Source of the DNA: Phycisphaerales bacterium
GTDB lineage: Bacteria > Planctomycetota > Phycisphaerae > Phycisphaerales > UBA1924
Reading direction: 5' to 3'
Assembly (NCBI GenBank): GCA_040221175.1
Contig: JAVJVK010000004.1
Coordinates: forward strand, 416,268-480,267
Length of the DNA stretch: 64,000 nucleotides
Positions 51,448 through 60,335 of the stretch are shown piece after piece. The stretch's first letter is position 1. The number at the start of each line of letters is the position of its first letter. Below the pieces are notes generated by a model that did no database searches, was not told where the DNA came from, and saw only the letters and a program-made list of their open reading frames with translations. A program made the translations under genes and the position numbers.

Positions 51448-52197
51448 ATGTTCGGGCTGCAAGGCATCCGCAAGTCCTTCGGCGACACGCCCGTGCTCGC
51501 CGGAATCGACCTGGTGATCGAGCCTCGCACCACGGTGGCCTTGATCGGCCCCAGCGGGTGTGGAAAGTCGACGCTCCTGCGGTTGATGAATGGCCTGCTC
51601 GTGCCCGATGCGGGCACGGTCGAGTTCGATGGACAGCCGATGCGCGGCGAGGCTTTGACGCCCGCACGACGTCGCATCGGATACGTGGTGCAGGAGGGCG
51701 GGCTTTTCGCCCATCTCACGGCGCGAAACAACGTCACGCTGCTCGGGCGACGGCTTGGCTGGAATCGAAGCCGGGCGCGTGAGCGATCGGCGGAGCTTGC
51801 CGAGTTGGTGCAACTGGATGCGTCTTTGCTGGATCGGTACCCGCACGAACTCAGCGGCGGCCAGCGCCAGAGGGTGGCGCTCATGCGGGCCCTGGCCAAC
51901 GACCCCGAAGCCCTGCTGCTTGACGAGCCCCTGGGCGCCCTTGACCCGATGGTGCGGGCCGACCTCCAGGATGATTTGAAGGAGCTGTTCGACCGCCTCG
52001 ACAAGACCGTTGTGCTCGTGACGCACGATCTGGCTGAGGCTCAACACCTGGCCAGCCGCGTGGTGTTGCTGCACGAGGGCCGCATCGCTCAGGATGGTCC
52101 GCACGAGACGTTGCTCCAAGAGCCGGCAAGTGATTTCGTCCGAAGATTCGTCAGCGCGCAGCGACGGCTGCACGGGCTGGAAGGGGCGGCGTCGTGA
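51448..52197 (+). CDS. ABC transporter ATP-binding protein (quaternary-amine/osmoprotectant OpuC/ProV type)
   Basis: Walker A 'GPSGCGKST', Q-loop, signature 'LSGGQRQRVAL', Walker B 'LLLDEP' and the H-loop 'VTHD'. Confidence 0.85.
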   Translation: MFGLQGIRKSFGDTPVLAGIDLVIEPRTTVALIGPSGCGKSTLLRLMNGLLVPDAGTVEFDGQPMRGEALTPARRRIGYVVQEGGLFAHLTARNNVTLLGRRLGWNRSRARERSAELAELVQLDASLLDRYPHELSGGQRQRVALMRALANDPEALLLDEPLGALDPMVRADLQDDLKELFDRLDKTVVLVTHDLAEAQHLASRVVLLHEGRIAQDGPHETLLQEPASDFVRRFVSAQRRLHGLEGAAS

Positions 52198-53687
52198 TTC
52201 GTCTTGCCGTCCTCGCGCTCGTGCTGCTGGCGACGACCGTTCGTGGTCAGGAAACGCTGACGATTGGTTCAAAGAGCTTTACCGAATCGGTGCTGCTCGG
52301 GGAACTCCTGGCCGAGAAGGCCCGCCGCAAAGGGCTCTCGGTGGAGCACAAGGCCTCGCTTCGAGGCACGCGCCTGGTGTTCGAGGCGGTCCGCTCGGGG
52401 GCGGTCGACGTCTATCCGGAGTACACCGGCACGCTGTTGCGCGAGGTATTCGCCGACCGGGGGCTGTCAACCGAAGCCGAACTGCGCGCGGCTCTGGCCG
52501 AAGCCGGGCTGGCGATGAGCGACCCGATCGGCTTCAATAACACCTACGCGATCGGCGTGATGCCCCCCACCGCCGAGGCCCTTGGGCTGACGAACATCAG
52601 TGATCTGCGATCGGCGCCCGACCTTCGCTTTGGCTTCACGAACGAGTTCATCGAACGCAACGACGGGTGGCGGGCGCTGCGCGATGCGTATGGACTTCCG
52701 CAGACCGACATCCAGGGCATCGACCACGACTTGGGCTATCAGGCGCTGGGGAGCGGCGCCATCGATGCGAAGGAGATCTACACGACCGATGCCAAGATCG
52801 AGAGCATGGGCATTGCCGTTCTGGGAGATGATCTGGGGCATTTCCCCCGCTACGACGCCGTGTGGATCTACCGCATCGATCTTGCCGAGCGCATGCCCGA
52901 CGCGGTCGCGGCCATCGAATCGTTGACCGGGGTTCTCGACGAGGCGGCCATGTCGGCGCTCAACGCCCAGGTCGACGTGGAAGGCCGCGAAGAACGCGAC
53001 GTCGCGCGAAACTACTTCGACACCGGCGGCGTCTCGGCCGGCGTACTTGGCCTGAACGAACGGATCCGCCAGGCCGCGGGCGAGATTCCGCTGCGTACGG
53101 GCGAGCACGCCATCCTCGTGGGTGTATCGATGTTGCTGGCGATCGCAATCGCCGTGCCCATGGGGGTCGTGGCGGCTCGCTCGCGCGGGTTCGAGCAGGT
53201 CGTGCTGGGCGTCAGCGGCGTGCTGCAGACCATCCCCAGCCTGGCGTTGCTCGCGCTGCTGGTCAGCCTGCTGGCGATCACCGGACAGATTCCCACGATC
53301 ATCGCGCTGTTCGTCTACTCGCTGTTGCCCATCGTGCGGACCACGCATGCCGGTCTCACGCAGATTCCACAGTCGGTGCAGGATTCGGCTCGCTCGCTCG
53401 GACTGCCGCGTGGTCGCATGCTGCTGGACGTCGAACTTCCGTTGGCCGTACCCAGCATCTTCGCGGGCATCAAGACGGCGGTAGTCATCAACGTGGGCAC
53501 GGCCACGCTGGGTGGCTTCATCGCCGCGGGCGGCTACGGCGTGCCGATCCTTGCCGGTATCCGCCGCGTCGACACCGTGCTCATCCTGGCGGGGCTCGTG
53601 CCGGCGGCGCTGATGGCCATCATGCTGACGCTGCTCCTGGACGTCGTGGAACGCGCGATCTCACCAGCCGTCGCACGCAAACGTTAG
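52194..53687 (+). CDS. Fused substrate-binding domain + permease of a betaine-type ABC transporter
   Basis: The GTG start overlaps the ATPase stop (GTGA). N-terminal signal plus a glycine-betaine-type binding domain ('TIGSKSFTESVLLGELLA', 'VDVYPEYTGT', 'FNNTYAIGV', 'IDAKEIYTTD'). The C-terminal six-TM permease has the EAA loop 'QDSARSLGLPRGRMLLDVELPLAVPSIFAGIKTA'. Confidence 0.8.
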   Translation: MIRLAVLALVLLATTVRGQETLTIGSKSFTESVLLGELLAEKARRKGLSVEHKASLRGTRLVFEAVRSGAVDVYPEYTGTLLREVFADRGLSTEAELRAALAEAGLAMSDPIGFNNTYAIGVMPPTAEALGLTNISDLRSAPDLRFGFTNEFIERNDGWRALRDAYGLPQTDIQGIDHDLGYQALGSGAIDAKEIYTTDAKIESMGIAVLGDDLGHFPRYDAVWIYRIDLAERMPDAVAAIESLTGVLDEAAMSALNAQVDVEGREERDVARNYFDTGGVSAGVLGLNERIRQAAGEIPLRTGEHAILVGVSMLLAIAIAVPMGVVAARSRGFEQVVLGVSGVLQTIPSLALLALLVSLLAITGQIPTIIALFVYSLLPIVRTTHAGLTQIPQSVQDSARSLGLPRGRMLLDVELPLAVPSIFAGIKTAVVINVGTATLGGFIAAGGYGVPILAGIRRVDTVLILAGLVPAALMAIMLTLLLDVVERAISPAVARKR

Positions 53688-53801
53688 AAGTTCCTCATGC
53701 GCTGCGGGCAATCCACAATGTTCGTCGACCGGGGTGACGCTGCCCGAAGTTCGGGCTAGCCTGTGGCGATCCGCAACGCCCAGCACGAAAGGACGGGCGC
53801 C

Positions 53802-55109
53802 ATGGGACTCAGCATCGCACGGGCTCCGCTCACTGGCGCGTCGCTGGCCGAACGATACGAGGCCGTTCGTGCCGCGACCGACGCGCTGCGTTCGCCGCTT
53901 CACGCGGAGGATTGCGTCGTCCAATCGATGACCGACGCGAGCCCGACCAAGTGGCACCTGGCGCACACGACGTGGTTTTTCGAGCAGTTCGTGCTGTCCC
54001 GCGTAGGTCCCGATCGACGCTTCGATGATCGATTCGCGTATCTGTTCAACAGTTATTACACGCAGGTCGGTGATCGCCAGCCCCGGCACGCCCGGGGCCT
54101 GATGACGCGGCCCAGCCTCCAGATGGTGCTCGACTATCGCGCCCACGTGGACGAGCGAATGCTCGAGTTGCTCTCGCACGACGGGCTGGACGAAGAAACC
54201 ACCCGCATCACCGAGATCGGGCTCAACCACGAGCAGCAACACCAGGAACTGCTGCTGACCGACATCCGCCATGCGCTGTGGTGCGGCATTGCCTGCGAAA
54301 CGTATGACCCGGCGCCCCACGAGCCCGACCCGCGACCGGAAGACCGCGGTCGCTGGATCGAATTCGAGGCGGGCTTGCTGTGGGTGGGCTGCGACGGCCC
54401 GGACTTCTGCTACGACAACGAACAGCCATGCCACAAGGTCTACCTGCGACCGTTTGCCCTGGCCAGCCGACCGGTGACCTGCGGGCATTTCATCGAGTTC
54501 ATCGAGGACGGCGGTTACGACCGCGAGCACCTGTGGCTGGACGAGGGTGCAGCGGCCGTGAAGGCCGAGGGCTGGAGAGCACCCATGTACTGGGAGCGCG
54601 AAGGCAACCGGTGGCGCGTGTGCACGATGCACGGCGTGCGCGACGTCGACCCGGCCGAGCCGCTGACCAACGTAAGCTTCTTCGAGGCCGAAGCGTTCGC
54701 CCGATGGGCGGGCTGCCGGCTGCCGACCGAATTCGAGTGGGAAGCGGCGTGCCTCCGCGATCTGGAGCGCGCCGGAGCCCACTGGCGCGACGCGGTCGAC
54801 CGCGGCCACATGCTCGAGCGGGGCGTTTTTCACCCCGCCACGCCGGCGCCCGGGCCGGGCCAACTTGAGGGCATGTTCGGATCGGTCTGGGAATGGACGC
54901 GCAGCGGCTACGACCCCTATCCGGGCTATGCGGCCGAGCCCGGCGCCCTCGGCGAATACAACGGCAAGTTCATGAGCAGCCAGTACGTGTTGCGCGGGGG
55001 TTCGTGCGCGACCGCGGCGAGCCACATCCGTCCCACGTACCGAACGTTCTTCCACCCCAACAAGCGCTGGCAGTTCAGCGGACTGCGACTGGCCAAGGAC
55101 ACCGCCTGA
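53802..55109 (+). CDS. egtB: Ergothioneine biosynthesis sulfoxide synthase EgtB (DinB_2 + FGE-sulfatase domains)
   Basis: 'SPTKWHLAHTTWFFEQFVL', 'INHEQQHQELLLTDI', 'PVTCGHFIEFIEDGGY', 'RLPTEFEWE', 'GSVWEWTRS' and 'VLRGGSCAT'. I prefer ATG 53802 (AAGGA upstream). The track start GTG 53763 is also possible. Confidence 0.8.
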   Translation: MGLSIARAPLTGASLAERYEAVRAATDALRSPLHAEDCVVQSMTDASPTKWHLAHTTWFFEQFVLSRVGPDRRFDDRFAYLFNSYYTQVGDRQPRHARGLMTRPSLQMVLDYRAHVDERMLELLSHDGLDEETTRITEIGLNHEQQHQELLLTDIRHALWCGIACETYDPAPHEPDPRPEDRGRWIEFEAGLLWVGCDGPDFCYDNEQPCHKVYLRPFALASRPVTCGHFIEFIEDGGYDREHLWLDEGAAAVKAEGWRAPMYWEREGNRWRVCTMHGVRDVDPAEPLTNVSFFEAEAFARWAGCRLPTEFEWEAACLRDLERAGAHWRDAVDRGHMLERGVFHPATPAPGPGQLEGMFGSVWEWTRSGYDPYPGYAAEPGALGEYNGKFMSSQYVLRGGSCATAASHIRPTYRTFFHPNKRWQFSGLRLAKDTA

Positions 55110-56143
55110 TGACTTCCACCGATTCTTCTGCCGAGCGCCGCGCCGTGGTGCTCGAAATCGATACTGCGCAGCAAGGCACGCCCCGCGAAGAAGCCACGGG
55201 CCGTGCCGAGGAATTGTCGGCCTTTCGAGTCGATGCTCTGCACGGACTGGGCCAGCCGCAGAAGTCGATTCCAAGCAAGTACCTCTACGACGCGATCGGC
55301 GCGACCCTGTTCGAGGACATTACCGAGCAGCCCGAGTACTACCCGACCCGAACGGAGACGGCGCTGCTTCGCATGCACGCCGCGGCGATTGCCGAGGTCG
55401 TGGGCCCGGGCGTGACGATCGTCGAGCCGGGCAGCGGCGCGGGCGAGAAGGTCGAGATCCTCATCGAATCGCTGGCCTCGCCGCGCGCGATGGTGCCGGT
55501 CGACATCGCACGCGAGCAGCTTCGCCGCGTCGCCCGCACGCTGGCCGGGCGGCATCCGTCCCTGGAGATCGTCCCGCTGTGGGCCGACTTCACGCGCCCC
55601 ATCGATCTGCCCGAGCGGATCGAGAGCCTGCACCCAAGACTGGTGTTCTTTCCCGGCTCGACGATCGGCAACTTCCTGCCCAGCGTCCAGCGCGAGTTGC
55701 TGGACTCGCTGGCCCAGCTCGCGGGCCGCGATGGCGCCGTGCTCGTCGGCTTCGATCGCATCAAGGACGAGTCGGTGCTCATCCCGGCCTACGACGACGC
55801 GGCGGGCGTGACTCGCGCTTTCGAACTCAACATCCTCGAGAGGCTCAATCGCGAACTGGACGCCGATGCCGATCCCGCCAACTTCCGCTATGAGGCCCGG
55901 TGGAACGCCGAGCACGCGCGCATCGAGATGCATCTGGTCGCCGTGCGCGAGCATGCGATGACCGTCGCGGGCCAGCGGTTCACCTTCGCCGAGGGCGAGA
56001 GCCTGTGGAACGAGAGCAGCCACAAGTACGACATGGCTCGAATCGAAGCGCTCGCCACCAGCGCAGGCCTTCGCGTTGAGCAGGCCTGGAGCGATGACCA
56101 GGATTGGTTCACGCTCGCCCTGTTGCGTCCGACCGGCACATGA
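55109..56143 (+). CDS. egtD: L-histidine N-alpha-methyltransferase EgtD
   Basis: The ATG overlaps the egtB stop by 1 nt (cTGATG). 'IPSKYLYDAIGATLFEDITEQPEYYPTRTETALL', 'VEPGSGAGEK', 'FFPGSTIGNF' and 'ESSHKY' are the EgtD family signature. Confidence 0.85.
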   Translation: MTSTDSSAERRAVVLEIDTAQQGTPREEATGRAEELSAFRVDALHGLGQPQKSIPSKYLYDAIGATLFEDITEQPEYYPTRTETALLRMHAAAIAEVVGPGVTIVEPGSGAGEKVEILIESLASPRAMVPVDIAREQLRRVARTLAGRHPSLEIVPLWADFTRPIDLPERIESLHPRLVFFPGSTIGNFLPSVQRELLDSLAQLAGRDGAVLVGFDRIKDESVLIPAYDDAAGVTRAFELNILERLNRELDADADPANFRYEARWNAEHARIEMHLVAVREHAMTVAGQRFTFAEGESLWNESSHKYDMARIEALATSAGLRVEQAWSDDQDWFTLALLRPTGT

Positions 56144-56167
56144 GCCCAGGCCGAGCGATGATCGGCG

Positions 56168-58192
56168 TTACTCGTCGCCGCGAAGCTTGGCCAGCACGGT
56201 GAAGTCTTCGAGCGTCGAAGTATCCTGGCCGGTATCGGCCTCGCCCGCGGCGATCGATCGCAGCAGACGCCGCATGATCTTGCCGCTGCGGGTCTTGGGG
56301 AGCGCTTCGGCGAATCGCACCTGGTCGGGCCGGGCGATGGCGCCGATGACGTCGGCAACGTGCGCACCCAGCTGCTTCTTGAGTTCGTCGCTGGGCTCGA
56401 CGCCGCCGGCCAGCGTCACGAACGCGGCGATGCCCGTGCCCTTGATCTCGTGGGGCACTCCCACCACCGCCGCTTCGACGACCGCATCGTGGGCGACCAG
56501 CGCGCTCTCGACTTCCATCGTGCCCAGCCGGTGGCCGCTGACGTTGATGACGTCGTCGATGCGGCCCATGATCCAGAAGTTGCCCTCCGTGTCTTTTCGC
56601 GCGCCGTCGCCGGCGGTGTACACGGGCTTACCATCGATCTTCACCGTCGAGAAGTAGGTTTCGATGAACCGATCGCGGTCGCCGAACACGCCGCGCAGCA
56701 TGCCCGGCCAGGGTTTGCGGATGACCATCAAGCCGCCGCGCTCGCAATCGACCTCGCTGCCGTCGGGATGGACGACCGCCGCATCGACGCCGAAGAAGGG
56801 CCTGGTGCACGAGCCCGGCCGCGTCGGGATGGCGCCGGGCAGGGGCGTGATGACGTGGCCGCCGGTTTCGGTCTGCCAGTAGGTGTCGACGATCGGGCAC
56901 TTGCCCGAGCCGATGACCTCGCGGTACCACGTCCACGCGGCGGGGTTGATGGGTTCGCCCACGGTGCCCAGGACCTGCAGCGACGAGAGGTCGTGCTTGG
57001 CCGGGTGCTCGTCGCCCCACTTCATGAAAGCGCGGATGGCCGTGGGCGCGGTGTAGAAGTGCGTGACCTTGTGCCGTTCGACGACGTCCCAGAAGCGGTC
57101 CTCGTGCGGCTCGTTGGGCGCGCCCTCGTACATGAGCGTGGGCACGCGGTTTGGCAATATGCCGTAGACGATGTAGCTGTGCCCGGTGATCCAGCCGCAG
57201 TCGGCGGTGCACCAGTAGACCTGGTCCTGGCCCGGCGTCAGGTTGAAGACTTTCTTCGCGGTGTGCGCGGTGTAGAGCAGGTAGCCCGCGGTGGTGTGCA
57301 CGATGCCCTTGGGCTTGCCCGTCGAGCCGCTGGTGTAGAGCAGGAAGAGCATGTCCTCGGCGTCCATGGGCTCGCACGGGCACTCGGGGTCGGCCGCCTC
57401 GGTCAGGTCGCGCCAGCAGTGGTCGCGCCCCTCGATGCAGTTGATCTCGTTGTCGCATCGCTTCAGCACGACCACGCCGGTGACCGGGGAAGCGTCGCCC
57501 ATCTTTTCGATGGCCTGATCGACGTTGTCCTTGAGCGGCACGACCTTGCCCCGCCGCCAGCCGCCATCGCAGGTCAGGATGATCTTGCTGTTCGCGTCGG
57601 TCACGCGGTCGGCGATGGCCTGGCTGCTGAAGCCGCCGAAGATGACCGAGTGCGGGCAGCCGATGCGGGCGCACGCGAGCATGGCGACGGCCAGCTCGGG
57701 CACCATGCCCATGTAGATGGTGACGACCTCGCCCTTGGTCGCGCCCAGCTTCTTGAGGGCGTTGCCCAGGCGGGCGGTCTGCTCCTGCAGGTCGCGGTAG
57801 GTCAGGCGGCGGACCTCGGGCGCCCCGCCGTCCATGGGCTCGCCCTCCCACAGGATCGCCACGTCGTCGCCGTGGCCCTCCTCGACGAACCGATCCACGC
57901 AGTTGTCGCAGGCGTTGAGCTTTCCGCCGTCGAACCACGTGGGCTCGGGGAAGTCGCCGGTGAGCACGCTCTTGAACGGCTCCATCCATTCCAGCCGCCG
58001 GGCGACCTCGCCCCAATAAGCCTGGGGATCCTCGATCGACCGGCGGTGCTCGGCTTCATAGGCCTGGAGCGAATCCACGTGCCAGGGAGCGCCGCCGACG
58101 GCCGAAGCCTTGGGCGGCTGGAACACGCGGTCCTCGTGGAGGCTGCTCTGGATGTCCTGGTCGGCATTGGGGCGTGGGTCGCTGGTGGCCAT
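56168..58192 (-). CDS. acs: Acetyl-CoA synthetase (acetate--CoA ligase)
   Basis: 'YWGEVARRLEWMEPF', 'LLYTSGSTGKPKGIVHTT', 'YWCTADCGWITGHSY', 'WQTETGG', 'GRIDDVINVSGHRLGT' and 'LPKTRSGKIMRR'. Confidence 0.92.
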   Translation of the reverse strand: MATSDPRPNADQDIQSSLHEDRVFQPPKASAVGGAPWHVDSLQAYEAEHRRSIEDPQAYWGEVARRLEWMEPFKSVLTGDFPEPTWFDGGKLNACDNCVDRFVEEGHGDDVAILWEGEPMDGGAPEVRRLTYRDLQEQTARLGNALKKLGATKGEVVTIYMGMVPELAVAMLACARIGCPHSVIFGGFSSQAIADRVTDANSKIILTCDGGWRRGKVVPLKDNVDQAIEKMGDASPVTGVVVLKRCDNEINCIEGRDHCWRDLTEAADPECPCEPMDAEDMLFLLYTSGSTGKPKGIVHTTAGYLLYTAHTAKKVFNLTPGQDQVYWCTADCGWITGHSYIVYGILPNRVPTLMYEGAPNEPHEDRFWDVVERHKVTHFYTAPTAIRAFMKWGDEHPAKHDLSSLQVLGTVGEPINPAAWTWYREVIGSGKCPIVDTYWQTETGGHVITPLPGAIPTRPGSCTRPFFGVDAAVVHPDGSEVDCERGGLMVIRKPWPGMLRGVFGDRDRFIETYFSTVKIDGKPVYTAGDGARKDTEGNFWIMGRIDDVINVSGHRLGTMEVESALVAHDAVVEAAVVGVPHEIKGTGIAAFVTLAGGVEPSDELKKQLGAHVADVIGAIARPDQVRFAEALPKTRSGKIMRRLLRSIAAGEADTGQDTSTLEDFTVLAKLRGDE

Positions 58193-58240
58193 GGGGGCAG
58201 CATATGGGCCCGCCAGTGCCTCCGCCGGGTTACGGACCGG

Positions 58241-59011
58241 TCAGGGCCCGCCCCCGGGCCTGAGATCCGCCGCCAGGTCCGGGTTGTTTGCGAAGAGGAT
58301 GCCCAGGACGATCCACACGGCGAACAAGGACGCCCAGTAGTTCACCTTGCGTACCCCGCGCTGGCTCCCGATCGTGCAGTAGTACAGTACGAACGCCAGC
58401 CAGCAGATGCCCCCCACCAGCGGCACCCAGAACATCACCCCGAGGATGCCCCAGAACTTGTCGTCGTCGCGGAACGCCCCGCCGACCATGTAGATGTAGC
58501 CCACGAAGTTCCAGATGACCGCGACGATCAGGGCGATAGCCGTCGCCTCGGGCGACGCGAGCGCGATCAGCGGCAGCAGGACGAGCATCGACAGGGCGAT
58601 GATCACCGAGACCTTCCCGCCCGACATGCGCGGCGCACTGCGGGATCGCTTGGGCTTGTCCTTGCCGACCTTCGTGCTCATCGCCCGGCCCGAGGCCGAA
58701 TCGAAGCCGCACTGCATACACACGACGGCGCCCGACGCCCGGCCCATGCCGCACTTGGGGCACGGGTTGGCGTCGACCGCGGGGGCCTCGCCCAGGTAGT
58801 CGTCCATGCTGAAGCCCACGCCGCCGCCGGTCGGTGGCGCGGCCGGCGCTGCGGCTCGTGCGGCCGTGGGCTTGGCGGCGGGCTTGGCCCGGGCGGGCTT
58901 GCGCTTGGCCTGGACGCACGACTGGCAGGCATAGCGCCCGTTGGAGTCCTTCAGGCGCGGGCGATCGGCGCAATCGGTCCCGCAGACGACACAGATCTTC
59001 TCAGATGGCAC
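58241..59011 (-). CDS. Hypothetical membrane protein with two N-terminal zinc-ribbon motifs
   Basis: 'CVVCGTDC...YACQSC' and 'CPKCGMGRASGAVVCMQCG' are followed by four hydrophobic segments. I prefer the GTG start at 59011 (GGGGGA 9 nt upstream). The Met at 59065 and the track start at 59146 are alternatives. Confidence 0.45.
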   Translation of the reverse strand: MPSEKICVVCGTDCADRPRLKDSNGRYACQSCVQAKRKPARAKPAAKPTAARAAAPAAPPTGGGVGFSMDDYLGEAPAVDANPCPKCGMGRASGAVVCMQCGFDSASGRAMSTKVGKDKPKRSRSAPRMSGGKVSVIIALSMLVLLPLIALASPEATAIALIVAVIWNFVGYIYMVGGAFRDDDKFWGILGVMFWVPLVGGICWLAFVLYYCTIGSQRGVRKVNYWASLFAVWIVLGILFANNPDLAADLRPGGGP

Positions 59012-59187
59012 GGTTCGAGGTCCCCCAGATTGCCGCGGGAGGCTCCCGGCGACCGGCCCGAGCATAGCCGCCCGAGCCGTCCACCCCCACGGGCACCCCC
59101 CACCTACCATGCCGCTCGTCGCACGGTTGCACCGGCCGGAGGCCAATCCGGGCCCCGGCGCTCTTTTTTTCGGGAGATTTGCACGCT

Positions 59188-60219
59188 ATGGCCATCCGCT
59201 TGGGCATCAACGGTTTCGGACGCATCGGCCGCCTGGTCTACCGCATCGCCGCCCAGAGCCCCGACGTCACCGTCGTGGGCGTCAACGACCTGGTGCCCGC
59301 CGACAACCTGGCCTACCTGCTCAAGCACGACACCATGCACGGCCGCTTCCGCATCGACGGCAAGCTGGCCGACGTCCGGGTCTCGGGCAACGACTTCACC
59401 GTCAACGGCGAGACCACCAAGGTCTTCGAGGAGCGCGACCCGTCCAACCTCAAGTGGGGCGATCTTGGCGTGGACGTCGTGATCGAGAGCACGGGCTTCT
59501 TCACCGCCGGGCCTGACGCCCAGAAGCACATCGATGGAGGCGGCGCCAAGCGCGTCATCATCAGCGCGCCAACGAAGACCACCGACACCGTGCCCACGCT
59601 CTGCTACAAGGTGAACCACGAGCAGTACGACCCCACGAAGCACACCGTCATCTCCAACGCCAGTTGCACCACCAACTGCCTGGCGCCCATCGCCAAGGTC
59701 ATCGACGACAACTTCGGGCTGGCCGAGGGCCTGATGGCCACCATCCACGCCGTCACCGCCACCCAGCCCACCCAGGACGGCCCCTCCAAGAAGGACCTGC
59801 GCGGCGGCCGCAACGGCTACATGAACATCATCCCCGCCAGCACCGGCGCGGCCAAGGCCGTCACGCTCTGCTTACCCAACCTCAAGGGCAAGCTGACGGG
59901 AATGAGCTTCCGCGTGCCGACGGCCGACGTGAGCTGCGTGGACCTGACCTTCAAGACCGCCAAGGCGACTTCCTTGCAGGCCATCAACGAGGCGATGAAG
60001 GCCGCCGCGGCCGGCCCGATGAAGGGCGTGCTCGACTACACCGAGGAACCGGTGGTTTCGAGCGACTTCATCGGCGACCCGCACAGCAGCATCTACGACG
60101 CCGACGCCGGCATCGAGCTCAATGACAAGTTCTTCAAGGTCGTGAGCTGGTACGACAACGAGGCCGGCTACGCGAATCGCTGCGTGGACATGGCCCGCTA
60201 CGTCATGAGCCGCCAGTAG
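59188..60219 (+). CDS. gap: Type I glyceraldehyde-3-phosphate dehydrogenase
   Basis: '[15 protein letters not shown]', '[12 protein letters not shown]' (catalytic Cys) and '[11 protein letters not shown]'. ATG 59188, preceded by GGGAGA. Confidence 0.92.
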   Translation: MAIRLGINGFGRIGRLVYRIAAQSPDVTVVGVNDLVPADNLAYLLKHDTMHGRFRIDGKLADVRVSGNDFTVNGETTKVFEERDPSNLKWGDLGVDVVIESTGFFTAGPDAQKHIDGGGAKRVIISAPTKTTDTVPTLCYKVNHEQYDPTKHTVISNASCTTNCLAPIAKVIDDNFGLAEGLMATIHAVTATQPTQDGPSKKDLRGGRNGYMNIIPASTGAAKAVTLCLPNLKGKLTGMSFRVPTADVSCVDLTFKTAKATSLQAINEAMKAAAAGPMKGVLDYTEEPVVSSDFIGDPHSSIYDADAGIELNDKFFKVVSWYDNEAGYANRCVDMARYVMSRQ

Positions 60220-60335
60220 GCCTCCGGGCGCCCAAAAAAGGCGTGCATCCACCGGCGTTTTCGGGTATATTGCACCGGAAGCGACGCCGGTGCTGGCGTT
60301 GCGCGCTCGGACCGCGGGGGTAACTGGAGGCCTCG

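Noticed and set aside
56360-59482. 1040-aa plus-strand ORF
   Set aside because: It is antisense to acs and to the Zn-ribbon membrane protein gene and runs into gap in another frame. It is an artefact of GC-rich sequence.
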